A DNA stretch of 64,000 bases from an uncultured Candidatus Binatia bacterium (GCA_965218425.1 OZ244621.1:2528001-2592000); one strand, 5' to 3'. Numbered from the stretch's first letter, positions 10,636 through 22,229 are shown. Numbers and translations are program-made. The notes: generated from the sequence alone by a model not told the origin.

Positions 10636-10735
10636 CCGGACTCGACGGGTTCAGGCCCGTCCAAAACGGTCTTGACAGCCGACGCTTCGCAGGCGTGGAT
10701 ATGCGCCATTGACGTGGTGAAAAATCGGCAAGTCC
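10636..10735 (+). repeat. Degenerate ~100-bp direct repeat, copy 1 (copy 2 at 14752-14852)
   Basis: Colinear similarity with identical core GGCGTGGATATGCGCCAT. Confidence 0.75.
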
Positions 10736-10774
10736 GACAGGCTGCTAGTTCAGAAATTGCAAGTGTAGGGGGAC

Positions 10775-13700
10775 ATGGCAAAGACTTACGAAGACTTGAA
10801 GGCATGGGCGCTGATCCTTGATGTCCAGGACGTATTTAACCTCTCACAGAACCTGGAGCTTTCTGGCAGGCAACGGAGCATAGCCTATAACACGGCAAAG
10901 AAGCTCAGAGCTGGCGGTATTCCTTCTTATAGGCAGCTGAAGGCGCTAGATGGCATCTATGACAGCTTGCGCAGCGCATCTCTTGCAGAAAAAGATAGTC
11001 ATCAAGGCAACCTAGGGGCTTATGCACAGACTGAGGCGACCGACATAGACATCAAACACCTTTGTCTGCGCATTGCCTGGCACGATAACAAGTGGAATGG
11101 CACCATCTGCAAGAAACCGGCCGAGAACGACTATTGTGTTGGTGAATACTCTCTGCTATCAGATCGAATCCGCCGTCGCCGCGATCTGGACATCGAATCG
11201 AAGACGGGTTGCAGCTCCTGTAAGGCGGACGCCGCTGAGCTTGGCGAGTATCAGCCACCATGCTTTTGGTCCATAAATACCTTTGGACCTGAGCCACTGC
11301 GCTTTAAGCACGATAACCCCGTAGCCTCCGATTTTCCGACTATCGAAGAGGCGCTCCCACCTTATTCGGTCATAACCTGGCCATTCAATTTGGCATTCGT
11401 AAAGGACGAGAAAGAAAGAAAGAAGTACAGCGGCAACTACTATCCCAAGAGAATCTTCGAGAACAGAATCCGGCTGTTTCAGCGCAACTTACGGTCCGGG
11501 CAGAGTGTTGTCTTCACCTACTGTAATTACAGCAATCCTGTCTCCGGCGAGGAGATGAAATACCTCGTCACGGGCTGTGCCCTGTTGGCTGAGCAAGGCA
11601 AGCCTCAGCACTTCAATATCAGTGAAGAAACGCTCGCAAAAAAGGCAATGGAATTGAAGCAACCCAATTTTCCATCAATGAACTGGGCCTTGCGTTACAC
11701 CCTAGATATACAGGATACAGGAGTTCGCATTCCATACCATGAATACCTGGATTTGCTCAACAGAGAAGGGGGCATTGGTGAAGACCTGCTTGCTAAGATC
11801 GCAGTAACGATTGATGAACCAGAGCTTCGTTATGGTTTTACATACGTCGCAAAGCACATTGATGATGATCAGGCCATCTATCTGCTTACCAAGATCAGAC
11901 GCAGCCTTCTTGAGGTCAAAGAGCACGGTGTCATCGACACCTCACAAACAGATGTGCAGATCGGGAGAGCCGAAAAGTTGATCGCCCACACGTGGGAAAA
12001 GCGCGGTTATTTGCCGGGTCTGAAGTGCCTCCTACTGGGAGTACCCGGTGTAAGAGAGAACTATCAAGATTGCGTATCAGAGCTTGTCGAGACGCTCGAC
12101 CTCTCGGATCAGGAAGAAGTGTCAGGGCTCATTGGCGCACTTTCCGGGGAACCAAGCGCGCATAGTGATAAGTTCGCTGGCCTTCTGTTAGAAGTCCAAG
12201 ACTTCATGGATGAGCATGATCTCATCAGCAAGAATGTGTTACGACTTGCAAGCCTAAATCTCACCACTCATCAGTTCGCAAGGATTATCCGTAAGGAGGG
12301 AATTGGGCACTCGCTGGTAGAGATCGCCGAAAACCCGTACTTGCTCTTCGAGTACTACGAGCCGGGTGAAGAGCTGGAGGCATCGCTGACAGGCGAAAAG
12401 ATTGATGGCCCCATCGACCTGTTCAAGATCGATATTGCGCTGCTACCGCTCGCAAAATATCAGAACCGTAATCACCACCTTCATGACTTGAGGGCAACGG
12501 ACCACCGGCGCCTCAGAGCGGTGATTACCGAAATCCTAAAGAATAGAGAAAATAGCGGGGACTGTTTCCTAGACGTCGAGGAGGTAATTCAGGAGGCAGA
12601 ATCCTACTCACTTTTCTACAAAGTGGATACGCCGTACACGGTAGACCCACATATTAGGGAACCGAACGCGGAGGCGGAACATCACTTTCGGCAAAAGCTA
12701 GTCATACGGCGGGTCGATGGCCGAATGTACTACTACCTTAAGGAGTTGTTCAAGGACGAGAGATTTGTCCGTGAGTTCATCAATGAACTCATTGGGCGCT
12801 CTGATCACGGCATATCAGCCAAGGTACTAGAAGCAGATTTGCCTTCCGCTATTTCGATGCTGAGAGAGAAAGTCGGTCCCGTGTTCGATGCCGAGCTGTT
12901 TCAGGCGGAGAGGGAGCTACTGTATTGCCGTGTCGGGTCCAAATCCTTTTTTGTCATCACTGGTTTACCCGGTGCGGGCAAATCGTATGAGTTGCTCAAA
13001 CTAATTCACTTTTTCAATTCACAAGGCGAGGGGAACCTCGTCTTATCATTTACGGGTAAAGCGGTACTACGGCTTAAGAATAACGAAGAAGGTATTGCCT
13101 CGGTTAACGCAAAGACAATAGACAAGTTTCTGACGGAAGAGGAGGGAGTTAGAGCACAAGCGGCTACGAGCGTGATTCACAACCTCATCATCGATGAGGC
13201 GTCCATGGTGAATCTGCCGAAGTTGGCTGCCGTGTTACGCTACATTAACAAGAAGCATCTGAAGCGACTGATCCTTGTCGGCGACCCCAATCAGTTACCG
13301 CCGATTGGCTTTGGCAAGCCATTTTCGGATATCGTCGAGATGATGTTAGAGGACCCCAAGGCCTTCGGAGAATACGGCGTGAAGTTGGAAGTTAACTGTC
13401 GTGCCAAGATGAGCGATGGGTTCATTGGATTTTCGAGAGTATTTTCCAATGAGAGTAAATTCTCAGAGGGCTATCTCGCGGAGACATTAGGGGAAGGGCT
13501 GATCTGCGATAGAAGTGTTGAGTTGGTGTTCTGGGCATCACGCGAAGAGCTACGAGAAAAGCTTGCTTCGAAGGTGACCGACCTTCTACGTGGTAAGGGG
13601 CTTGATCGTTCTGAACTGCCACGGTTTCTTGGTATTGATGGCGCGTCGAGCAAACCCAGCCATCTCGAGCGCTTTCAGGTTCTATCGCCTTATCGGAACG

Positions 13701-14635
13701 GCTATTACGGAGCGTCGGGCTTAAACCTGTTTTTTCAGGATGAACTCAGACCGGAAGCCGATCTCAAGGAAAGGATAGGAGAAAAGGTATTCAAGCTGTC
13801 TGATAAGGTGATGCATACCCAGAACGAGTACCGGAAGAACGAGCTTTTAGTCTCCAATGGCTCATTGGGAGCGACGCTCCGTAATGGCCATGTTTTCTTT
13901 CTTGAGCATGACATGCCGTTGAAGATTAACGCGCTTCGCACTTCAAATGCCCTGGAGCTGGCATACGCAATTACTGTCCATAAATCTCAGGGCAGCGGGT
14001 TCAACCACGTGTTCATTATCCTGCCCAAGCAGGCGATGTATTCGCATCGTGAGCTGCTCTATACGGCTTTAACCCGAGCACGAAATCAGGTTACCCTGCT
14101 TATACAGCAGGGCGGAAAGATCCCGGACGTACCCGCCTTTCTGGACAAGATTAGGTCGCAGAGCGCAGTCGTTGGCAGGAGGACTAGCTTATTCTCGGAA
14201 GGAGGCGAGCGCTATGCCTACGTTCCCGATAAGGGCGTTATCGTTAAGAGCCGAGTCGAATACATTATCTATCGGAAACTTCTTGACGCCCGTGAAAAGC
14301 ACGGGAATTTTTTGTTTTTTTACGAGAATACCTATAAGGTGGAAGGCCGAAGCTTTAATATCCATCCGGATTTTGAACTCAAATTCTTAGACGGTCGTGT
14401 GGTGTACTGGGAACATCTTGGCCTAGTGACCAGCAAGTCCTACAAGAGTGACTGGGATAAGCGACGCAAGATTTACGAAGACCAAAACGACTTTGACAAG
14501 GTCCTGACTACAGATGAGCTGAGTGGTATCAGCGATATGAAGATTGAGCAGATCATCGACAGGGTCATTTCGAATAAACTGGTCTCAGAAGATAGTTCTG
14601 ACAGATATTCGACATTGCATTTTTCTCTTCGATAA
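10775..14635 (+). CDS. RecD-like SF1 helicase with large N-terminal domain and C-terminal PD-(D/E)XK-like nuclease
   Basis: GLPGAGKS, FTGKA, IIDEASMV, VGDPNQLPPIG, AYAITVHKSQGS, LYTALTRA; C-terminal KSRVE..HPDF..YWEHLG. Confidence 0.85.
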   Translation: MAKTYEDLKAWALILDVQDVFNLSQNLELSGRQRSIAYNTAKKLRAGGIPSYRQLKALDGIYDSLRSASLAEKDSHQGNLGAYAQTEATDIDIKHLCLRIAWHDNKWNGTICKKPAENDYCVGEYSLLSDRIRRRRDLDIESKTGCSSCKADAAELGEYQPPCFWSINTFGPEPLRFKHDNPVASDFPTIEEALPPYSVITWPFNLAFVKDEKERKKYSGNYYPKRIFENRIRLFQRNLRSGQSVVFTYCNYSNPVSGEEMKYLVTGCALLAEQGKPQHFNISEETLAKKAMELKQPNFPSMNWALRYTLDIQDTGVRIPYHEYLDLLNREGGIGEDLLAKIAVTIDEPELRYGFTYVAKHIDDDQAIYLLTKIRRSLLEVKEHGVIDTSQTDVQIGRAEKLIAHTWEKRGYLPGLKCLLLGVPGVRENYQDCVSELVETLDLSDQEEVSGLIGALSGEPSAHSDKFAGLLLEVQDFMDEHDLISKNVLRLASLNLTTHQFARIIRKEGIGHSLVEIAENPYLLFEYYEPGEELEASLTGEKIDGPIDLFKIDIALLPLAKYQNRNHHLHDLRATDHRRLRAVITEILKNRENSGDCFLDVEEVIQEAESYSLFYKVDTPYTVDPHIREPNAEAEHHFRQKLVIRRVDGRMYYYLKELFKDERFVREFINELIGRSDHGISAKVLEADLPSAISMLREKVGPVFDAELFQAERELLYCRVGSKSFFVITGLPGAGKSYELLKLIHFFNSQGEGNLVLSFTGKAVLRLKNNEEGIASVNAKTIDKFLTEEEGVRAQAATSVIHNLIIDEASMVNLPKLAAVLRYINKKHLKRLILVGDPNQLPPIGFGKPFSDIVEMMLEDPKAFGEYGVKLEVNCRAKMSDGFIGFSRVFSNESKFSEGYLAETLGEGLICDRSVELVFWASREELREKLASKVTDLLRGKGLDRSELPRFLGIDGASSKPSHLERFQVLSPYRNGYYGASGLNLFFQDELRPEADLKERIGEKVFKLSDKVMHTQNEYRKNELLVSNGSLGATLRNGHVFFLEHDMPLKINALRTSNALELAYAITVHKSQGSGFNHVFIILPKQAMYSHRELLYTALTRARNQVTLLIQQGGKIPDVPAFLDKIRSQSAVVGRRTSLFSEGGERYAYVPDKGVIVKSRVEYIIYRKLLDAREKHGNFLFFYENTYKVEGRSFNIHPDFELKFLDGRVVYWEHLGLVTSKSYKSDWDKRRKIYEDQNDFDKVLTTDELSGISDMKIEQIIDRVISNKLVSEDSSDRYSTLHFSLR

Positions 14636-14751
14636 GGAAGAGGTGGTGACGCTGGCTTATCACTGTACGCGATTAAACAACATGAGGCTGGTGTGAATGG
14701 GTAACAAGACGCTTCTTGCCCACCCTATTAGTGGCCCGCCAATAGCGTTTA

Positions 14752-14852
14752 CCGGACGCGACAGATTCCGGCATACCGGAAACGGTTTCACCAGCCGGCG
14801 CCTCGCATGGCGTGGATATGCGCCATGCCCGTGGCGAAAAACCAGCAAGTCC
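14752..14852 (+). repeat. Degenerate ~100-bp direct repeat, copy 2
   Basis: Matches 10636-10735; contains palindrome GCATGGCG-TGGATATG-CGCCATGC. Confidence 0.75.
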
Positions 14853-15509
14853 ATACCGACCCGCAGCAGGCGTTGAATGCTACCCTACTCGGGAGCCTCG
14901 GACACACGGCCTCCAGGGTCAATCACTCGTCAATCTATCCGCGAACATCTTCGACGATCCAATGGATTCCCGTTCAGAAAGAGGGATACAAAGAGGGAAC
15001 TACGATTGGTTTATAGAAAATATATATTTTGTTATGAATTAGTTACAGTCAATAAGTAGTAGAGGAATGTAAAATGACATGGAAGGGTCGATTCACAAAA
15101 ATCCCCCCCTTGACGATTCACACGTAGTGATCGGGTTATGCCGTGTCTTTTCTTTGATGTACATCTCCGTGCCCGGCCCTCCTGCGGATGATTGGGCGAC
15201 ACAGAGGCGGACGGGAGCGACCCCCCTTTTCGAGGTCCCGGTTCGAGCGTGGTACGGGGCGGGTTTTCACAAACACCGCCCCGTCCTTGCGGGATCGCCC
15301 CCGTCTCTAAATCAATCTCTGCGGGAAGGCAATTGGATCGACAACAATACCTGACTTGGGCTGATGTCCGTGAGGGCAACGCAAGCGCGCTTCCCACGAA
15401 CTGGGCCGTTGTGCCTTGGTGGGCTGCAATAAGGTGGTGGATCGAGCGACTCGAACTTGGTCATCACGTTGAAGCTCACGGCTGACGACCCTGTGCTCTG
15501 GGGTGACTG

Positions 15510-18500
15510 ATGAATGCCGTTGAGATAGAAGAAGCCATTTCGGATCTCGCGCGGGAGCCTTTCGTCCCGGTCGAGTTTCCTTTCGCGTTCCTTGAAGCTT
15601 TCGGGAACAAGGCGACCACCATCAAGCGTCTGCGCTCCGGCGCAACGAACAACTCCGACGTTGGCGGAGTTCTCCAGCGCAGCAACATTCACATCAAGGT
15701 ATCCCCCGAAGGCGAAGCAGCGGTCACGCTGGCCGCGCTGAAAGCCAGCTCGGCAACAACCCGTTACAAGGTGAAATTCGTCCTCGCCACTGATGGGAAG
15801 GATTTCCAGGCCGAAGACTTGAACAGCGACGAGGTCGTCGTCTGCGACTATGTCGATTTCCCCGATCATTTTGGATTCTTTCTGCCACTTGCCGGAATCA
15901 CGACCGTCAAGTAGATCCGCGAGAGTACTTTCGACATCAAGGCGACCGGGCGGCTGAACCGGCTCTATGTCGAGTTGCTGAAGGACAACCCCGACTGGGG
16001 TGTCATGGATAGCCAGCATGAGATGAACCATTTCATGGCGCGGTTGATCTTCTGCTTCTTCGCCGAGGATACGGATATCTTCACCGGCAAAAGCCTCTTC
16101 ACTCGGACGATCGAGGAAATGAGCGCTGGGGATGGCTCGAACACCCACGAGGTAGTCGGCGAGATCTTCCGCGCCATGAACACCGGTGCAAAGGAGCGCG
16201 AGGGGGCAAGCATCCACCGTTGGGCCGAGGTGTTCCCGTACGTGAACGGTGGACTCTTCTCGGACTCGACGGAGGTGCCCCGGTTCAGCCGAATCGCGCG
16301 GTCCTACCTGCTCCACATGGGCAATCTTGACTGGACAAAGATCAACCCCGACATCTTCGGGTCGATGATCCAAGCGGTCGCCGATGACGACGAACGCGGT
16401 GCTTTGGGTATGCACTACACCAGCGTGCCGAACATTCTGAAGGTGCTCAATCCCCTCTTCCTCGATGATCTGCGACAGAAGCTCGAAGAGGCCGGAGACA
16501 ACAGCCGCAAGCTCCTGAATCTACGCAACCGCTTGGCCCGGGTTAGGGTGTTCGACCCGGCCTGTGGTTCCGGCAATTTCCTGGTGATCGCCTATAAGGA
16601 AATGCGAGCGATTGAAGCGGAGATCAACAAGCGCCGACGGGAGAATGAGCACCAGTCGGTCATCCCACTGACTAACTTTCGTGGGATTGAGATTAGGGAT
16701 TTCCCGGCCGAGATTGCACGGCTCGCTCTGATCATCGCCGAGTATCAGTGCAACGTGCTCTACCGCGGGCAACGAGAAGCGCTGGCCGAGTTTCTTCCGC
16801 TCGACGCCATGAACTGGATCACGTGTGGCAATGCACTGCAGATTGACTGGCAGAGCATCTGCCCGCCCACAGGGACCGGAGTAAAGCACCATTCCGATGA
16901 TCTTTTTCGCACCCCGATCGATCAGGCAGAGATCGACTTCGAGAACGAAGGAGGGGAAACCTATATCTGTGGAAACCCACCTTACCGTGGAAGCACATGG
17001 CAATCCAAGGAGCAGAAAACTCATCTTCGGAAGATATTCGAAGGCCGTGTGGCGCACTGGAAGTCGCTCGATTATGTCTCGGGGTGGTTCATGAAGGCGG
17101 CGGATTACGGGGCGATTACTCATTCGGTGTCGGCCTTCGTGACCACCAATTCGATTAACCAGGGGCAACAGGCCGCAATCCTTTGGCCCACGATCTTTGC
17201 CACGGGGCATGAGATTGCGTTCGCCCACACCAGTTTCAAATGGGCCAATCTCGCCAGCTATAACGCGGGGGTGACCGTCGTAATCGTGGGGATTTCCAAC
17301 GCCGCCGGGCCGGTTCGGAAGCTGTTTTCTGTTGGAGAAGACGGCGAGACGATCCGTCGAGAGGCCGAGAATATTAATGCCTACTTGGTGGTGACCTGCC
17401 CCCAGGAGTGGTACCACCCTTTAAGTTAGAGCCGGAATTATCTGGAGTCCAGCCCATGGGGATGAATTCCCAGCCTGCGCTCTGGGCAGAAAGGCCTCCG
17501 GTGCCGGAGAACGATAGCCCAGGGCGCTGTGAGGCCGCCGCTGGTTATACTCTCTTCTCCATCTTTCGATCAGCACCTGAGCTTCCCTCAGGGTTTCAAA
17601 CACCTCCCGGTTGAGCAGCTCATCCCTGAGTTTTCCGTTAAAACTCTCCACGTAGCCATTCTCCCAAGGACTGCCAGGCTCGATGTAGAGTGTCCTGACA
17701 CCAATGGCCTTGAGCCAGTCCCGGATAGCCTGAGCCGTAAACTCGGGGCCATTGTCGGACCGAAGGGACTGCGGCACGCCCCGTTCCACGAATAGCTCCG
17801 CTAACCGTTCCAGCACATCCCGGTGATTCATCCGTCTGGCCACATCAATCGCCAAGCACTCCCGGGTGTATTCATCCAGGATGCTCAACAGCCGAAAGGC
17901 CCGACCGTCTTCGGTTCGCTCGTGCACGAAGTCATAACTCCACACATGGTTTCGATGCGCCGGTCTCAGGCGAATGCAGGAGCCATCAGTCAACCGGAGC
18001 CTCCCTCGCTTAGGCTGACGGCTGAGGACTTTCAGCCCTTCCTGCCTCCAGAGCCTCTCCACTCGCTTGTGGTTGACCTTCCACCCCTCCCCACGCAGCA
18101 TGGCCGTAATCCTCCGGTAGCCGTATCGCCCGTATTCGCTGGCCAGCTCCATCATCCGAGCCACTAGTCTTGCTTCCTCTTCCGGGATCTCTCGGACTCT
18201 TCGTTGCGTCGATCGCGGCTGTCCCAACACTTGGCAAGCCCGGCGTTCGGAGACTCGATCAGGTCCCAATCTTTCTCTGGCCCATATCACCGCTCGTCTC
18301 CTCTTCGCCGGGCCTAGAAGTTTCCCGAGGACACTTCCTTCAGGATCTGGTTGTCCAGCGATAGATCCGCCACCAGCTTCTTCAACCGCGCATTCTCCTT
18401 GTCCAAGGCCTTGAGCCTCTTGGCCTGATCCATCTTTAGGCCTCCATATTCCTTCCTCCACCGGTAGTAGGTCTGCACGGTTACCCCCACCTGCTTGCAC

Positions 18501-19535
18501 ACCTGGCCCACCGCCTTCCCTTGGGCCAAGCTCACCTCCGCCTCACGCAGCTTGAGGATAATCTGCTCGGCCGTAAATCGCTTTCTTGCCATCCTTGCCT
18601 CCTTCCTAAAATCAAAATCCCTAACATTTCACCTGGACTCGTTTTAGGGGGCAAGGTCAGTGGCAGGTGCGAACGTGATCGTGAGCAAGGCTTCCAAGCC
18701 TTTGACTGAGTTGGCCGGTATGACCTTTGGCAACAAGCCTGTTGATGGCGGAAACCTGCTGCTGACCCGCGATGAAGTGGGGGGGGTCGGCCTGGCCCCC
18801 GGCCAGGAGGCACTCTTCATCCGGCGCATCTACGGTTCGGCCGAGTTCATTCGGGGTCTGTCTCGGTATTGCCTCTGGATCGAGGACCAGCATCTGGATG
18901 AGGCATTGGAGATTCCGTCGATCCGTGAGCGCGTTGAAGCAGTGCGCGCTATGCGGCTTACAAGTGAAAAAGTGGCAACGCGAATGATTGCGGACAGTGC
19001 GCACAGATTCGGCGAAGTTCGTCAGTCCGGATCGGAGACGGCAATCGTCGTTCCGCGCGTTTCTTCGGAGAATCGCCCATATCTCCCGGTCGGCTTGGTA
19101 GCAGGCGGCACGATCATAGGAGACCGAAATTTCGCTCTCTACGACGCTCCGCTCTGGAACATGGCGCTGATCGCATCACGGCTTCATTGGGTCTGGATCG
19201 GCACGGTTTGTGTTCGTTTGGAAATGAGGTTTTCCTACTCCAACACCCTTGGCTGGAACACTTTCCCCGTACCGACGCTCACCGAGAAGAACCGGGCGGA
19301 TCTGACAGCTTGCGCCGAGAACATCCTGTTGGCGCGCGAGGCGCAATTCCCCGCGACGATCGCTGATCTCTACGACTCCGAGCATATACCGGACAATCTG
19401 CGCGCCGCCCATGACCGCAACGACGAGGTGTTGGAACGCATCTACATCGGACGCCGCTTCAGGAACGATACGGAGCGTCTGGAAAAGCTGTTTGAGATGT
19501 ACACGAAGATGGCGAGCAACGGGACGGTTGCCTGA
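15510..19535 (+). pseudogene. yeeA: YeeA/MmeI-like adenine DNA methyltransferase, broken by in-frame TAG (15912-15914) and an IS3 insertion
   Basis: FPYVNGGLF, INPDIFGSM, GMHYTS, FDPACGSGNF, GNPPY, FRNDTERLE; removing the IS and one GTGG restores NINAYLVAGANVIV. Confidence 0.9.
17392..18659 (-). mobile_element. IS3-family element copy 1 (1268 bp), target duplication GTGG
   Basis: TG...CA imperfect terminal IRs; orfA 18314-18592, orfB DDE ([23 protein letters not shown]); GGGAAAC slippery site. Confidence 0.96.
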
Positions 19536-19598
19536 CCACGTCCAGTTGACTGGATTGGGTCAATCTGTCATAACTCAAATGAGATACAGGAGACATAA

Positions 19599-19880
19599 AT
19601 GAGCACACAGAGTTCTATGCTCCACATCCGGATGGACACCGATTTGAAGCGAAAGGCGACTGAAGCGCTGACGGCGATGGGGCTGTCGGCTTCTGATGCC
19701 GTGCGCCTGTTGTTCCACCGCATCGCGGCCGATCAGGCCTTCCCCCTCGAACTCAAGGTCCCGAACGCGCAAACTCAAAGCGCCATGGCCGAGTCGGAAG
19801 AAATGATGAAGCAGGGCAAGGCGCGATTTGCGACCGCGGACGAGATGTTTGCGGAACTTGAAGAAGCCAGCGGCCAGTAG
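19599..19880 (+). CDS. dinJ: RelB/DinJ-family antitoxin
   Basis: HIRMD..LK..A...L..MGLS.SDAVRL, PLELKVPN; imperfect palindrome TAACTCAAATGAGATA upstream. Confidence 0.9.
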   Translation: MSTQSSMLHIRMDTDLKRKATEALTAMGLSASDAVRLLFHRIAADQAFPLELKVPNAQTQSAMAESEEMMKQGKARFATADEMFAELEEASGQ

Positions 19881-20184
19881 ACGAACGCGCCCGCCTCGCC
19901 GGGTGGACTATACCCGGGACTTTATCAAGGACTGGGAGCGGCTTTCGCGATCCGGTCGATATGATATGAAGCGGCTGAAAGCGGTCATGCTGATTCTTAT
20001 CGCAAACGAAGCCCCGCTCGGTCCCGAACGGAGGGATCACCCGCTGAAAGGCGTATGGGCGAACCACCGGGAATGCCATGTGGGTGGCGACTTCCTGCTG
20101 ATTTATCAGGTCGATGATTCGGTAGGCCCAGGCGGTTCAATCAACTTCGTCCGTGTCGGCACCCACGCCGAACTGTTCCAATGA
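19858..20184 (+). CDS. yafQ: YafQ-family mRNA interferase toxin (TTG start inferred)
   Basis: DHPLKG.W...RECHVGGDFLLIY, RVGTHAELF. Confidence 0.92.
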   Translation: MKKPAASRRTRPPRRVDYTRDFIKDWERLSRSGRYDMKRLKAVMLILIANEAPLGPERRDHPLKGVWANHRECHVGGDFLLIYQVDDSVGPGGSINFVRVGTHAELFQ

Positions 20185-22229
20185 CTACAGGCAAGATCAT
20201 CCCCTCCGTCTCCGTCACTTACGCGCGGAACGGCCGTTCCACTAGATCTAACGAGTTGGGCATGCGCCCGATGCAGGAGCGGGCCTGGGAGAAGCGGGGA
20301 GAACAATATCTCCTGATCAAATCGCCCCCGGCATCCGGCAAGAGCAGGGCGCTGATGTTCATTGCGCTGGACAAGGTCCATAGCCAGGATCTGCGTCAGG
20401 CCATCATCGTCGTGCCCGAGAAGACGATCGGCGCCAGCTTCAATGACGAGCCGTTGAGCCACTTCGGCTTCTGGTCCGACTGGACCGTTCTGCCGCAATG
20501 GAACCTCTGCAACGCGCCGGGCACCGAGGGCGGCAAGGTCAAGTCGGTCAGGGCATTTCTCGACAGTAGCGATGAGTTTATGGTCTGCACCCACGCCACC
20601 TTCCGCTTCGCGGTGGACAAGTTCGGAGTACAAGCCTTTGACGACCGGTTGATCGCCGTGGACGAGTTCCATCACGTCTCGGCCAATCCCGACAACAAGC
20701 TGGGCCTGCACCTCGGCCAGTTCATTGCACGCGACAAGACGCACATCGTGGCGATGACGGGGTCGTACTTCCGAGGCGATGCCGAGCCCGTGCTGATGCC
20801 GCATGACGAGGCGAAGTTCGAAACCGTTACCTACACCTACTACGAGCAACTCAACGGCTATGAGCATCTGAAGCAGCTCGACATCGGCTACTTCTTCTAC
20901 ACCGGGAGTTATGCCGACGACATCCTGAAGGTGCTCGATCCGAACGAGAAGACGATCATTCACATTCCGAGCGTCAATTCACGGGAGAGCACGAAGGACA
21001 AGGTCCGGGAGGTCGAGCACATCATCGAGGAACTAGGCGAGTGGCAGGGCGCCGATTCGGCGAGCGGCTTCCAACTGGTAAAGACGCCCGCAGGCCGTGT
21101 CCTCCGGATCGCCGATCTGGTCGACGATAACCCTGCCCGGCGGGATCGGGTTGCGGCGACGCTCAGAGACCCGGCGCAGAAGAACAATCGTGACCATGTG
21201 GACATCATCGTCGCTCTGGGCATGGCCAAAGAGGGATTCGATTGGATCTGGTGCGATCACGCGCTGACGGTCGGCTATCGGTCAAGCCTCACCGAGATCG
21301 TGCAGATCATCGGCCGTGCAACGCGCGACGCTCCCGGCAAGACCCGTACCCGTTTCACCAACCTGATTGCGGAGCCCGATGCCTCCGAAGAGGCCGTCAC
21401 CGAGGCCGTGAACGACACGCTGAAGGCCATCGCGGCAAGCTTGCTAATGGAACAGGTGCTGGCTCCGCGCTTCAACTTTACGCCCAAGGTGCAGGATGGC
21501 GGGCCGGTCCAAGGTTTCGATTATGGAGACGAGGGTTACGACTCCGGGAAATGCAATGTCGGCTTCAACGAGGAGTCCGGCCAGTTCCAGATTGAGATCA
21601 AAGGGCTGGCGGAGCCGAAGAGCAAGGAAGCCGGGCGTATCTGCCAGGAAGACCTGAACGAGGTGATCACCGCCTTTGTACAGGACAAGACGGCCATCGA
21701 ACGTGGAATTTTCGACGATGAGCTTGTGCCTGAGGAACTGACCCAGGTGCGGATGGGCAAGATCATCAAGGACCGATACCCCGATCTCGATGAAGCGGAT
21801 CAAGAGGCCGTACGCCAACATGCCATTGCCGCCCTGAACCTGACCCAAAAGGCGAAAGAAATCGTGCTTGATGACACGGAAGTGCAAAACGGCGGTACGG
21901 CCCTGATCGACGGCTTGCGGAAATTCGCGATGGATGTGCGCGACCTCAATATTGACCTGATTGACCGGATCAATCCGTTTGGCGAAGCCTATGCCATCCT
22001 CGCCAAGACCATGAGCGAGGAGAGCCTGAAGCAGGTTGCAGCCGTCATTTCTGCGAAGAAGGTCCAGCTTACGCCCGAGGATGCCCGCGACCTCGCAAGA
22101 CGTGCCTTGAAGTTCAAGCAGGAGCGTGGCCGGCTGCCGTCGGTCACATCGCCCGATGCTTGGGAGAAGCGCATGGCCGAAGGCGTGGCCTTCCTTGCAC
22201 GGATGAAAGCCCAGGCCGCCGATGTCTAA
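20181..22229 (+). CDS. yeeB: YeeB-like SF2 (DEAD/DEAH-type) helicase
   Basis: SPPASGKS, VDEFHH, MTGSYFRGD, GMAKEGFD, QIIGRATR; follows yeeA-like gene. Confidence 0.85.
   Translation: MTTGKIIPSVSVTYARNGRSTRSNELGMRPMQERAWEKRGEQYLLIKSPPASGKSRALMFIALDKVHSQDLRQAIIVVPEKTIGASFNDEPLSHFGFWSDWTVLPQWNLCNAPGTEGGKVKSVRAFLDSSDEFMVCTHATFRFAVDKFGVQAFDDRLIAVDEFHHVSANPDNKLGLHLGQFIARDKTHIVAMTGSYFRGDAEPVLMPHDEAKFETVTYTYYEQLNGYEHLKQLDIGYFFYTGSYADDILKVLDPNEKTIIHIPSVNSRESTKDKVREVEHIIEELGEWQGADSASGFQLVKTPAGRVLRIADLVDDNPARRDRVAATLRDPAQKNNRDHVDIIVALGMAKEGFDWIWCDHALTVGYRSSLTEIVQIIGRATRDAPGKTRTRFTNLIAEPDASEEAVTEAVNDTLKAIAASLLMEQVLAPRFNFTPKVQDGGPVQGFDYGDEGYDSGKCNVGFNEESGQFQIEIKGLAEPKSKEAGRICQEDLNEVITAFVQDKTAIERGIFDDELVPEELTQVRMGKIIKDRYPDLDEADQEAVRQHAIAALNLTQKAKEIVLDDTEVQNGGTALIDGLRKFAMDVRDLNIDLIDRINPFGEAYAILAKTMSEESLKQVAAVISAKKVQLTPEDARDLARRALKFKQERGRLPSVTSPDAWEKRMAEGVAFLARMKAQAADV

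Noticed and set aside
10371..10712. 113-aa ORF containing ILDRICAESRDESEKGRW
   Set aside because: At most a short scrap resembling a restriction-enzyme N-terminus; too little to call a gene
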